Below are positions 28,862 through 37,624 of a stretch of 64,000 nucleotides of DNA, in pieces. A program made the translations under genes and the position numbers. The notes under the pieces were generated by a model. That model saw only the letters and a program-made list of their open reading frames with translations, did not search any database and had not been told where the DNA came from. The stretch is from a virus. Its lineage: Duplodnaviria > Caudoviricetes. Where the stretch lies: IMG/VR virus record IMGVR_UViG_3300020049_002596, positions 1 to 64,000 of that record. One strand, given 5' to 3'. Within the stretch, counting starts at the first letter, position 1; each line of letters opens with the position of its first letter.

Positions 28862-28999
28862 TGTGTTGGATTAAATGATTGGGATTAATAATTGGGTTAA
28901 ATAAACTAATGGCTACCTGTATATGTGACAGCTTGCTTTTGAGTACCTTGTTAACTTAGGTGCATTCTTCATCTCCATTAGTTGTATTATAAAATAAAG

Positions 29000-29233
29000 C
29001 TATTTATTAGGCTCTTCTATTGCACCTAGATAAATGGTATCTCCTTCAGTGTATTGTAACATAACTGGTGTGCCATCTACTGGCATAGACTCAAGGTCAT
29101 CATTCCAGATAAATACTGGAGGATGTTCTTCAGATATTTCTAATTGTTCTTTAGTGTCTAAATACATGTAAATGTTTAGGCCTATTAAGAAGACAATTAG
29201 GATAGCTAATAAAGGGTAATAATTTGATTTCAT
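29000..29233 (-). CDS. Small membrane-anchored protein
   Basis: N-terminal TM segment. Confidence 0.6.
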   Translation of the reverse strand: MKSNYYPLLAILIVFLIGLNIYMYLDTKEQLEISEEHPPVFIWNDDLESMPVDGTPVMLQYTEGDTIYLGAIEEPNK

Positions 29234-29304
29234 GATATGTTGGATTAAAGGGTTATTTTAAAATAAAGCCATTATAATATATAAGGCTAATTGTTAGGGT
29301 AATA

Positions 29305-29356
29305 AAAAAGTGCAAATAAAGGTGGAATGAGGTTTCTCACACATCTTTATTTGCAC
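29305..29356 (-). terminator. Intrinsic terminator
   Basis: GTGCAAATAAAG / CTTTATTTGCAC stem plus T-run. Confidence 0.7.
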
Positions 29357-29372
29357 ATTATCAAGCAGTTAA

Positions 29373-29648
29373 CTATAAAGTTTGTTCTGCTGGATTGTAG
29401 ATTACAATGGTCTTTGCAACATACTCACCTTGTGCACCAAGTTTAGTTTGAGTATTCAAACCTAATGTGCTAATTGATTTATCAGCTGTAATTAAAGCTA
29501 ATGTATCTTTGTGAACAAGTATTGCCACTCTGTGGGTATTATCCCAATGCTTTAACCAAGGTGTTTTATCACCACTTTCTGTAACCACTGTATTCAAGTT
29601 AATAACTTCAACACCTAATTCTCTTTTAATTTCAGCTAAATTTGCCAT
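29373..29648 (-). CDS. Early protein, paralog A
   Basis: Shares AEIK..LG..NLNT, W..HWDNT.RVA..HKDTL, TK.GAQG.Y with 30013-30288. Confidence 0.8.
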   Translation of the reverse strand: MANLAEIKRELGVEVINLNTVVTESGDKTPWLKHWDNTHRVAILVHKDTLALITADKSISTLGLNTQTKLGAQGEYVAKTIVIYNPAEQTL

Positions 29649-29668
29649 GTCCTATCTATTTTAAAGGA

Positions 29669-29696
29669 TTAATACTCCAACTTAGTGAGGGTTTTG
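29669..29696 (-). promoter_or_regulatory. Phage early-promoter-like motif, copy 2
   Basis: CAAAACCCTCAC-N8-AGTATTAA. Confidence 0.7.
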
Positions 29697-29829
29697 AGCT
29701 GGGGATTTATACCAAAAGAGATATGACCTTTTCTCTACCATTTCTTTCTCTACTTCACCTAGGGTTTTGAAAAATAAACAGAGGTCAAGATGCTCTACTT
29801 CACTCAAAGGGCTAAAAAAAGTAGAAGAG

Positions 29830-29907
29830 CTAGTAAAGCTCTTCTTCTGCTGTAGCTATAATATCTATCAAGATATCAGAGTAGCCATCATTTATCATGT
29901 CTTGCAT
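29830..29907 (-). CDS. 25-aa acidic peptide
   Basis: MQDMINDGYSDILIDIIATAEEELY*, between a motif copy and a hairpin/T-run at 29814-29850. Confidence 0.45.
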   Translation of the reverse strand: MQDMINDGYSDILIDIIATAEEELY

Positions 29908-29925
29908 GTTGTTAGATTTAATTGG

Positions 29926-29953
29926 TTAATACTAGTAATATGTGAGGGTTTTG
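29926..29953 (-). promoter_or_regulatory. Phage early-promoter-like motif, copy 3
   Basis: CAAAACCCTCAC-N8-AGTATTAA. Confidence 0.7.
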
Positions 29954-29970
29954 GGATTAGGTTGACAGAT

Positions 29971-30007
29971 AAAAAATAACACCAACAGATTTCTCTATTG
30001 GTGTTAT
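29971..30007 (-). terminator. Intrinsic terminator
   Basis: ATAACACCAA / TTGGTGTTAT stem plus T-run. Confidence 0.7.
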
Positions 30008-30012
30008 GATTA

Positions 30013-30288
30013 CTACAAGCTAACTTCAGCCTCAGATACAGCAACTATTCTCACAGCTGTGTAGTCTCCTTGAGCTCCAGTCTTTGTCTCTAACTGTGTA
30101 GCAAGATTAGGCATTGAAGGATTAGCTTGGATTTTAGCCAATGTGTCTTTGTGTAAAGATACAGCTACTCTATTGGTATTATCCCAATGTCTCATCCACT
30201 CTGTAGGTTGATTGTCTTTGTCAAGAGCAGTATTTAAGTTTAATACTGAGTAACCTAATTGTCCTTTGATTTCAGCAATTGTTGCCAT
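30013..30288 (-). CDS. Early protein, paralog B
   Basis: Paralog of 29373-29648; start MATIAE by alignment. Confidence 0.8.
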   Translation of the reverse strand: MATIAEIKGQLGYSVLNLNTALDKDNQPTEWMRHWDNTNRVAVSLHKDTLAKIQANPSMPNLATQLETKTGAQGDYTAVRIVAVSEAEVSL

Positions 30289-30340
30289 GATGTTTAGTAA
30301 CACGTATTTAATGTCCTTGTAATTAGACTGTTAGATAGAA

Positions 30341-30368
30341 TTAATACTCGTAATCAGTGAGGGTTTTG
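30341..30368 (-). promoter_or_regulatory. Phage early-promoter-like motif, copy 4
   Basis: CAAAACCCTCAC-N8-AGTATTAA. Confidence 0.7.
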
Positions 30369-30757
30369 GTGCGTAAGCACCAAGTCACAAGCCTATTGTT
30401 TTGATACATATAACATTACATTATATATACTAACACAAGGTAGTAGACACCCAAGCCTGAGCCCAGCAGGACACAGACAAGAACAACAAGACAAAGAAAC
30501 TTTCAGTAGCCTCCAAGTCAGAACAGACCTAGACCTGTAGACTTGCTTCCCTTTTCTATAATAATATAGGCTGGGAAAATTACTGCTTTAGATTTCACCC
30601 AGGGGGGCCTTGTAATCCTAATTATTGGTGGGGGTCTTGACTGAGGGAAGATCACACATCCATAAATTTTAAAAATTTTTTTGTTTACAATTTAAGGGTA
30701 ACCCCTGATTTTTAAAAAAAATTATCAGGTTATAAGCTGATTATTAAATTTAATTAT

Positions 30758-30765
30758 TAACTTTG
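30758..30765 (+). promoter_or_regulatory. Bacteroidota-type -7 element at the start of the late arm
   Basis: TAACTTTG; further copies just upstream of late genes at 37595, 40108, 45693, 54800, 55237, 55854. Confidence 0.6.
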
Positions 30766-30786
30766 CTAAATATTAATCTGAACAAT

Positions 30787-31125
30787 ATGTCAAACAATTC
30801 CTTTCCTATAGGTGCTATTAAAAAGAGAAAGAAAGAGCTAGAGCTTGAAACCCCAGAAGGATTAAAGAAGATATACCCTTTATATCCTACTGTCAGAAGA
30901 GAAGAAAAAGAGGGTAAAGTATTCTTTAGCACTTTAGTAAGAAAAAGGTATGATGGCCAGTATCATTTGATACCTATGGAGTACTCAGGAGAGACTGAAG
31001 CTAAGACCATTCATGGAATTCATGCTATGGTTCATAGATATCTTATGTTAGGAGTATTGACTAAGCAGGATGTGATAGACAATGATCAGGTTAATGAAGC
31101 AATTAGACTAAAGAACATTAAATAA
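30787..31125 (+). CDS. Hypothetical protein
   Basis: First plus-strand ORF, ATG at 30787. Confidence 0.6.
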   Translation: MSNNSFPIGAIKKRKKELELETPEGLKKIYPLYPTVRREEKEGKVFFSTLVRKRYDGQYHLIPMEYSGETEAKTIHGIHAMVHRYLMLGVLTKQDVIDNDQVNEAIRLKNIK

Positions 31126-31131
31126 TAAGTT

Positions 31132-31917
31132 ATGGCTGAGATAAATACTGCAGTTAGTTTTAGACCTGAGATAGATGGTCCTTCTATCCCTACTTATATG
31201 GTACTGACAGGAGACTACTTGAGAAAATTACACATATCTAAGAAGTATGGTACTCAGGTTGTTAATTGGGTAGCAGCAGGGACAGACCCTTTATGTGTAC
31301 CTGAGCAAGAAATGGCTGATCTTTTAGAGCAGTGGACTAAGGAAGCCGAAAGTATGTATCCTGGAGAAGGTGATCATAGGGTGAGACTGTTAGATGAAGA
31401 AGGAAACAGAATACCTATTGGGTCTGAAGTAGAATTTATCATTGAAGAGTTCCAAGTAGGTGTAGAAAGTTGTGAGACTCCAGTACCTACATGCCCAGAT
31501 AGAGTAGTTGTATTCCAAATTTGTAATGAAAACAGTGTTACAGATGACAACTTTGATATCTTTTTGAATGGTACATTCATTGGAGCTGTAGATTTAAGTG
31601 CTAATGCACAGGTAGGTTCTGTATTTATTGCTAGTACTAACCCTGCATTAACTATAACTTCGTCTGATTTTGCCTGTCCTATATCAGGAATGCAAGTGTA
31701 CTTCTTTAATCCTAATTTATTGCAAACAAGCAATACTATAGAGATGAGAAATACTCAAGATAATGGGTCAGGAAATCAAGGTACCGTTGGAATTAGAAAT
31801 TATTTATTAGCAGGGACTAACTTAAGTGCTCCTTGTGTTATAGCTGACTTAGCTTATAGTCCACCATCAGGTGGAGATGCAATCTTAAACTTTGACTACA
31901 CAGAGTGTTGTCCATAA
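31132..31917 (+). CDS. Cys-rich beta-strand protein (putative virion protein)
   Basis: 261 aa, ends ECCP. Confidence 0.6.
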   Translation: MAEINTAVSFRPEIDGPSIPTYMVLTGDYLRKLHISKKYGTQVVNWVAAGTDPLCVPEQEMADLLEQWTKEAESMYPGEGDHRVRLLDEEGNRIPIGSEVEFIIEEFQVGVESCETPVPTCPDRVVVFQICNENSVTDDNFDIFLNGTFIGAVDLSANAQVGSVFIASTNPALTITSSDFACPISGMQVYFFNPNLLQTSNTIEMRNTQDNGSGNQGTVGIRNYLLAGTNLSAPCVIADLAYSPPSGGDAILNFDYTECCP

Positions 31918-31928
31918 AACTTTAAAAT

Positions 31929-32285
31929 ATGAAGATAATACAAAAAGGTATTGTTGGGCTAAAAGATGCCCAGTACTACATTTATCATCTAAGCATTATT
32001 AACCCTTTTTTACCTATTGAATTGACTCCAAAAGAAAGAGAAGTTCTTGGTACATTCATGTCATTTAAGGGTGACCTTGCAGAAAAAGATAGATTTGGCA
32101 CTACGTTTAGAAAGGAAGTAAAGAAAATGCTATCAATCTCAGATGGAGGCCTAAGTAATCACCTTTCTGCTCTTAAGAGTAAAGGTGCAATTAGAGAAGA
32201 GTTGGGTGGTCTTATACAGATTGCGTCAATATTGCTTCCTGAAGAAAAGCAACAGTTCTATCAATTTAAAATAGTAAAAGAGTAA
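31929..32285 (+). CDS. Winged-HTH DNA-binding protein
   Basis: LTPKEREVL...LSISDGGLSNHLSALKSKGAI. Confidence 0.65.
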   Translation: MKIIQKGIVGLKDAQYYIYHLSIINPFLPIELTPKEREVLGTFMSFKGDLAEKDRFGTTFRKEVKKMLSISDGGLSNHLSALKSKGAIREELGGLIQIASILLPEEKQQFYQFKIVKE

Positions 32286-32614
32286 TGAAGCTGCTACATC
32301 CTGATTTAATTGAAGAGTATTACGAGTCTATCAAAGACAAATACCCAGGTCTTACAAAAGAACAATGTAATCAAATTTGTAGTGCCCCATTTGTAGAGGT
32401 TAGAAAAGGTATCGAATCAGGAGAATTCTTAACCATTAGGTTAAAGTTTTTTGGTACTTTTGTTGTCTACCCTAAAAGAATGATTTACTATTTGAAGGTG
32501 TACAGTAAGATGTTTAAAGAACAGAGAATTACACCTGCGAATTATTTCAAAAAGAAAGAGCAATTAGAATCAGCACTTAAAAGAAAAGAAGATGAAAGCA
32601 AAAGTAACCTTTAG
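32285..32614 (+). CDS. IHF/HU-like protein
   Basis: IRLKFFGTF motif. Confidence 0.55.
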   Translation: MKLLHPDLIEEYYESIKDKYPGLTKEQCNQICSAPFVEVRKGIESGEFLTIRLKFFGTFVVYPKRMIYYLKVYSKMFKEQRITPANYFKKKEQLESALKRKEDESKSNL

Positions 32615-32954
32615 TAACATTGTAGCTTATATTCAAGGGAATGTAAGAGAGAAACTATTTTATAGCAAAAGATTCAATTGGTTATTACCTTTGCACATCT
32701 TTGAACAAATCAATTACAGACTCTTTGTGATGAATAAAGAGTGCTATTCAAATGGAGAATGTGTTGAGTGTGGTTGTTCTACTCCTGCATTACAGATGGC
32801 AAACAAGACTTGTGAAGGTCTTTGCTATCCTATGATGCTAGATGCAACTGATTGGCACATATATAAAAGAGAGTACAATATTGATTTTAGATATTGGAAC
32901 TCTTCTAAACCTAGAGAGTTTGAACTAAGAATAACCCACAAAACAAAAAGATAA
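32592..32954 (+). CDS. Cys-rich putative Zn-binding protein
   Basis: C...CVECGC...C..CYP. Confidence 0.6.
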   Translation: MKAKVTFSNIVAYIQGNVREKLFYSKRFNWLLPLHIFEQINYRLFVMNKECYSNGECVECGCSTPALQMANKTCEGLCYPMMLDATDWHIYKREYNIDFRYWNSSKPREFELRITHKTKR

Positions 32955-33247
32955 TGAGTCACTGGAAAAACCCTGAGATAAATTTAGGAATAATAAAAGC
33001 AGGTTCACCTAAAAAAATGATCTTTACTGCATTAGAAAGTGTACCTACAATTAAAGCAATTACTCCTTATTGTGGTTGTACTGCTACTGACTACAACCCT
33101 GTTACAAGAGAGTTGAAGATTACTTACAGCAATGGAGAAATTCCTGCTCAAGTACAAGGGGCTCAAGCAACTACAAAACGAATTGATATCACTTATGAAG
33201 ATGATACAGTTGATATACTAATAATTAAAGCAACAAGAATTAGATAA
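32954..33247 (+). CDS. DUF1573-like Ig-fold protein
   Basis: PYCGCT motif. Confidence 0.65.
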   Translation: MSHWKNPEINLGIIKAGSPKKMIFTALESVPTIKAITPYCGCTATDYNPVTRELKITYSNGEIPAQVQGAQATTKRIDITYEDDTVDILIIKATRIR

Positions 33248-33825
33248 TGACAAATAAACTTACCATAACAGATTACTTAAGGTTAGCAAAAGCTAATCCC
33301 ACAGTAGAAAAAGAATTTGAGTATTTTAAAGAACACATCTTTAATAGAACCTTAGTTTGGGAAGGTGTTAAAAATCCTAAAGCTGGAGGTAGCCTACACA
33401 ATGTGGCTGGAGACTCAGGAGGTTGGACTCTTTGGGGTATTGCCTACAATCATAATAAAGAGCTATTTAAGAACTTTGATGATTTTAAAGACACTACTTA
33501 TGAAGAAGCTGCAGCTATAGCTTACACTAAATACTATAGAGCAATCAATGCTTTTATCCTTCCTCTTGAGGCTAGGTTAATGTATTTTGATACAGCCTAT
33601 AACATGGGTAATGCTAGAGCAATCAAGTTAATGCAGAGATGTGCTAAGGTACCAGATGATGGAATTATTGGGCCTGCAACTAGGGAGAAAATGCAATATG
33701 TAACAGAAGAGTGTCTTTACAATGCAAGAAACACAGCTTATAATAATTTAGTAAAAGCAAATAAAGCTTTAGGTAAATTTTTAAAAGGTTGGTTAAACAG
33801 ATCAATTGCAATATTCAAAGCATGA
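33247..33825 (+). CDS. Endolysin, glycoside hydrolase family 108
   Basis: WEG...DSGGWTLWGI, FDTAYNMG, DGIIGPAT, FLKGWLNR. Confidence 0.88.
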   Translation: MTNKLTITDYLRLAKANPTVEKEFEYFKEHIFNRTLVWEGVKNPKAGGSLHNVAGDSGGWTLWGIAYNHNKELFKNFDDFKDTTYEEAAAIAYTKYYRAINAFILPLEARLMYFDTAYNMGNARAIKLMQRCAKVPDDGIIGPATREKMQYVTEECLYNARNTAYNNLVKANKALGKFLKGWLNRSIAIFKA

Positions 33826-34232
33826 TGCTAACTAAAGCTGTAGATGTCAATCCTTATGGAAGACTACTACATATTATTATTACAGGTAACTTTAGTGAAG
33901 ATTATCCTGCAATCAATAAGAAATACAAGCAAAACCTAGATGAAGATGACAATGTGTTAGGTATGTCTCAAATGAGAGGTCAACATCACATGATTGTTAT
34001 TAACTTAGGTAAGCACAGATCAATTTTTAAAGGGATAGAAATTGAATGTGAATTAGCAGATACTATTGCTCATGAAGCATATCACTTATGTAATCAGCTT
34101 TTTAAAAGTATGGGGGCCACAGTAGATGTGAATAATGATGAACCACATGCCTATCTTTTAGGCTGGTTAGTGCAGCAGATTACCAGAGTTTACTTAAAAT
34201 TTAAAGAGAAAGAAAATGGCAAAATGGTTTAG
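33822..34232 (+). CDS. Zincin-like metalloprotein
   Basis: HEAYH ... DEPHAYL. Confidence 0.7.
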   Translation: MMLTKAVDVNPYGRLLHIIITGNFSEDYPAINKKYKQNLDEDDNVLGMSQMRGQHHMIVINLGKHRSIFKGIEIECELADTIAHEAYHLCNQLFKSMGATVDVNNDEPHAYLLGWLVQQITRVYLKFKEKENGKMV

Positions 34233-34362
34233 ATTATACATTACCACTGTTTTTATTGATTTTCAAGTGGGAGTTAATGTAATTGGATTACCTGAGTATC
34301 ATACTCATGGATTAATCATTTCAAAAAGAATCAAAGAAACAGATATTCACAAATACCAATAA
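34216..34362 (+). CDS. 48-aa hypothetical protein
   Basis: Hand translation MAKWFRLYITTVFIDFQVG...; fills the gap between flanking genes. Confidence 0.45.
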   Translation: MAKWFRLYITTVFIDFQVGVNVIGLPEYHTHGLIISKRIKETDIHKYQ

Positions 34363-34363
34363 C

Positions 34364-34939
34364 ATGAGTTTATTATTTACAGTAGAGAGCAAAGTAGTCT
34401 CTCCTACAACAGAGACTCTTCTTATTCCAGTTTTCAAAGAGATATGGAATAGAGATGAATCTGCAGATAAAAGGTATGCTATAGAAGACTTTTCTTATAT
34501 TGAGTTTATGGGGTCTATTCAAAAAAGTAACCCATACTCTGGATATCCTGAAGATCAGAGAGCAGAAAAAATTATTAAGGACATCATTACAAGAGCTGAA
34601 TGGGACCAAAATGATAGACTGTTGTTGCAAGGAATTGACAAGTTAAAAGAGTTTCAAGCAGAGGCTTCAGTAACTTACAATTACTACATGGCTGCTAAAT
34701 CTGCAGCTGAAAAGATGCAACAATTCTTTATTGGATTTAGCATGAATGATGTAAACCTGAGAACAGGGGCACCAATTTTTAAACCTAAAGATATTACCTC
34801 AGCTTTAAATGATACTTCTAGAGTACTTGAAAACCTCAACACTCTTAGAGAAAAAGTTGATAATGAGATATTTGAAGAAGTTAAAAAGAAAGGACAGAAA
34901 ATAGTAAGTCCTTTTGCAGACCCAAACAGTTTAAAATAA
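34364..34939 (+). CDS. Putative terminase small subunit
   Basis: Helical protein upstream of TerL; call based on position only. Confidence 0.45.
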   Translation: MSLLFTVESKVVSPTTETLLIPVFKEIWNRDESADKRYAIEDFSYIEFMGSIQKSNPYSGYPEDQRAEKIIKDIITRAEWDQNDRLLLQGIDKLKEFQAEASVTYNYYMAAKSAAEKMQQFFIGFSMNDVNLRTGAPIFKPKDITSALNDTSRVLENLNTLREKVDNEIFEEVKKKGQKIVSPFADPNSLK

Positions 34940-34974
34940 TTCAGTATATTTACACACTAATTAAAACAAATATT

Positions 34975-35388
34975 ATGGCAGATTTAGATAAAATATTAGG
35001 GAGCAAAAATGCTAATGTTAAAGGTACAGGTAGAGTTGTTATAGCAGCTTTGTTACTTAAAGCTAGAACAGATGCACATTTAACTCACTTAAAACAAGCT
35101 GATAAAACTTTGGCTAGACATAATGCTATGTCAATGTTTTATGATGGAGTATTAGATTTAGTGGATGGTTACATAGAATCTTCTATGGGAATTGTTCCTG
35201 GATTTACTGTAGATTCAGTACCTGCTTCTGCAATTATTGCTGACCCTGTAGCTTATTTTAAAGATTTATACAATCAAATTGAGACTAGTAGAACAGACAT
35301 TAAAGAATCTTTTTTACAGAATCAAGTAGATACTGTGCAAGAACTTATTGCCAACACATTGTATAAATTACAATTCATTACTCAATAA
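34975..35388 (+). CDS. Dps/ferritin-like (DUF5856) protein
   Basis: H..H...ARHNAM..FYD..LDLVD..IE...LQN..D....TLYKL. Confidence 0.7.
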   Translation: MADLDKILGSKNANVKGTGRVVIAALLLKARTDAHLTHLKQADKTLARHNAMSMFYDGVLDLVDGYIESSMGIVPGFTVDSVPASAIIADPVAYFKDLYNQIETSRTDIKESFLQNQVDTVQELIANTLYKLQFITQ

Positions 35389-35391
35389 TTC

Positions 35392-37590
35392 ATGAGTCAA
35401 CTAGGAGCAATTAGAAATCCTGATGGGATTTGGATAAACACAGAAGTGTTCAGAGAAGAAGCAAGGAAGTTTCAGAAGTATAATGCATACTGTCTGGACC
35501 CTTGGGGATCTCCTGATTGGTTCTCCTATTGGCAAGAGCAAAGAAATAGAATCATAAATGGTTACTCTGTAGGTGGAGTAAAGGTTACAGGTGACCATTA
35601 TTTTTATTTAAACTTCTGTCCTATCCTTAAAGTAGAGGACATGAATGCTAAAAAATCTGCTAAAATTACTGACTTCCCTGACTTTTGGGATGGTGACTAC
35701 AACTATTTTTGGGCTAGAGAAATTGCCTTTAATGGTATAGTAGATGGTTTAGGAGTGCAAACAAAATTTGAAGAAACTTGCAGAGTCTCTGCCAAATCTT
35801 TACCTGAAGCAGAAGCTCAGAAAAAAGCTTTAGAAGATTTATTTAAGGGACTTCATTTAGAAGTTAAAATAGAAGCTGATTACCTAAAAGGAGGTTATAA
35901 TCTTATTGTAGGAAAATCTAGACGTAAAGGATACTCCTATAAGAATGCAGCTATTGCTGTTAAGAATTATCTATGTTATCCTAAAGCTCTAACTATATTT
36001 GCTGCCTATGAAAAGAAATTCCTTTATCCTAAAGGTATCTATACCATGGCATCTAACTACCTCAACTTTATTAATGCTAACACTGCTTGGGTTTACCCTA
36101 AAGATGTTGTTGATAAAATGGACCACGTTAAGGCTTCTACTATTGAATACAGAAATGGTGTAAAAATTGAGACAGGTTTCTTATCAGAAATCATGGCATT
36201 GACTTTTAAAGATAATGCAGATGCCGCAAGGGGTAAAGATGCTAGAGACGTAATCTTTGAGGAATCAGGAGCTTTTGGTACCCCAGGTTTGCTTAAAGAT
36301 TCTTATGTAGCAACTCAAGACTGTGTAATGGCAGGGTCTATTAAAACAGGTATGATTACTATCTTTGGTACATCTGGAGATATGGAAGGTGGTACTGCAG
36401 ATTACTCTGAGATGCATTCTAATCCTTTGAGATTTGGAATGATGCCTTTCCAAAATATATGGGATGAAGATTCTGCTGATATGAAGTGTGGATTCTTCCA
36501 CCCTATCAATTGGAATATGGAAGGTTACTATGATGACCAAGGAAACTCTGATGTAGAAGGAGCTAAAACTTTAGAACTTGCTCAGAGAAAGGTATTGCTT
36601 GATAATGGGGCAACATCTGCTGATATTCAGAAAAGGATGCAGGAAAAACCTTTGGGCCCATTTGAAGCCTTTGGTATGGTCTCTACAAATAACTTTCCAA
36701 TCTTAGAATTAAAGAGACAACTTGAAATAGTTAAAGCAAAAAATCTACACATGATAATGGGAACTCCTGTTAAGATGTATTATGATTATGAATCTAAAAA
36801 AGTTAAAGCAGAACCTATATTAGATGGTACTGCTAATGTAATTTACAGACAAAAACCAGATAACACTTCTCTGGAAGGTTGTCCTGTTATTTATGAATAT
36901 CCTCCTGAAGTTCCTATGAGAGGAGCTTTCAAAATAGGATATGACCCTTATAGACAAGATAAAGGTTCCTCTCTTGCAGCTGTCTATGTGTACAAGAGTG
37001 TGATTATAGGGGACAGAACTAAAAGAATAATTGTTGCTGAATATGTGGGAAGACCTGGAGAAGCAGATGATGTAAACTACATTTGTAGGTTATTTGCTGA
37101 ACTGTACAATACCACTATTATGCATGAGAATGAGGTTACCCATGTTAAAGATTACTTTAGAAGAAGAAAACAATTACACTATTTAGCTTACCAACCTGAT
37201 GAGGTTATAAAGAAAAATGTGAAGAATTCTAAAGTAAATAGGGTATATGGTTGCCACATGATAGACCAGCTTAAAGATGCAGGTGAAAAGTATATCAAAT
37301 CTTGGTTACTAGAGACACTAGATTTTGATGATGATGGTATGCCTATTAGAGCTTTAGATCAAATCTATTCTATTGGATTGTTGGAAGAATTAATTGGTTA
37401 TAACAGAAAAGGAAACTTTGATAGGGTCATGGCTCTTATGCAAGTGATGTTTCAAGACCAAGAAGATTTACATGGTAAAGAATACCAGCCAAAATCTAAA
37501 GGAAATGCTAAAGCAAAACAACTTTTAGAAATGATGGATACTGCCTATATGAAAAATAATGGTAGAAATGCATTACAATCATTAAAATAA
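35392..37590 (+). CDS. terL: Terminase large subunit
   Basis: KSRRKGYSY, FEESG, FGTSG, GYDPY nuclease domain, NFDRVMA. Confidence 0.93.
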   Translation: MSQLGAIRNPDGIWINTEVFREEARKFQKYNAYCLDPWGSPDWFSYWQEQRNRIINGYSVGGVKVTGDHYFYLNFCPILKVEDMNAKKSAKITDFPDFWDGDYNYFWAREIAFNGIVDGLGVQTKFEETCRVSAKSLPEAEAQKKALEDLFKGLHLEVKIEADYLKGGYNLIVGKSRRKGYSYKNAAIAVKNYLCYPKALTIFAAYEKKFLYPKGIYTMASNYLNFINANTAWVYPKDVVDKMDHVKASTIEYRNGVKIETGFLSEIMALTFKDNADAARGKDARDVIFEESGAFGTPGLLKDSYVATQDCVMAGSIKTGMITIFGTSGDMEGGTADYSEMHSNPLRFGMMPFQNIWDEDSADMKCGFFHPINWNMEGYYDDQGNSDVEGAKTLELAQRKVLLDNGATSADIQKRMQEKPLGPFEAFGMVSTNNFPILELKRQLEIVKAKNLHMIMGTPVKMYYDYESKKVKAEPILDGTANVIYRQKPDNTSLEGCPVIYEYPPEVPMRGAFKIGYDPYRQDKGSSLAAVYVYKSVIIGDRTKRIIVAEYVGRPGEADDVNYICRLFAELYNTTIMHENEVTHVKDYFRRRKQLHYLAYQPDEVIKKNVKNSKVNRVYGCHMIDQLKDAGEKYIKSWLLETLDFDDDGMPIRALDQIYSIGLLEELIGYNRKGNFDRVMALMQVMFQDQEDLHGKEYQPKSKGNAKAKQLLEMMDTAYMKNNGRNALQSLK

Positions 37591-37624
37591 TTATTACTTT
37601 TGTAGATACTTATCCTTTAAGCAA

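Noticed and set aside
26595-30368. CRISPR array from the repeated motif
   Set aside because: Irregular spacing with genes between copies; no cas genes
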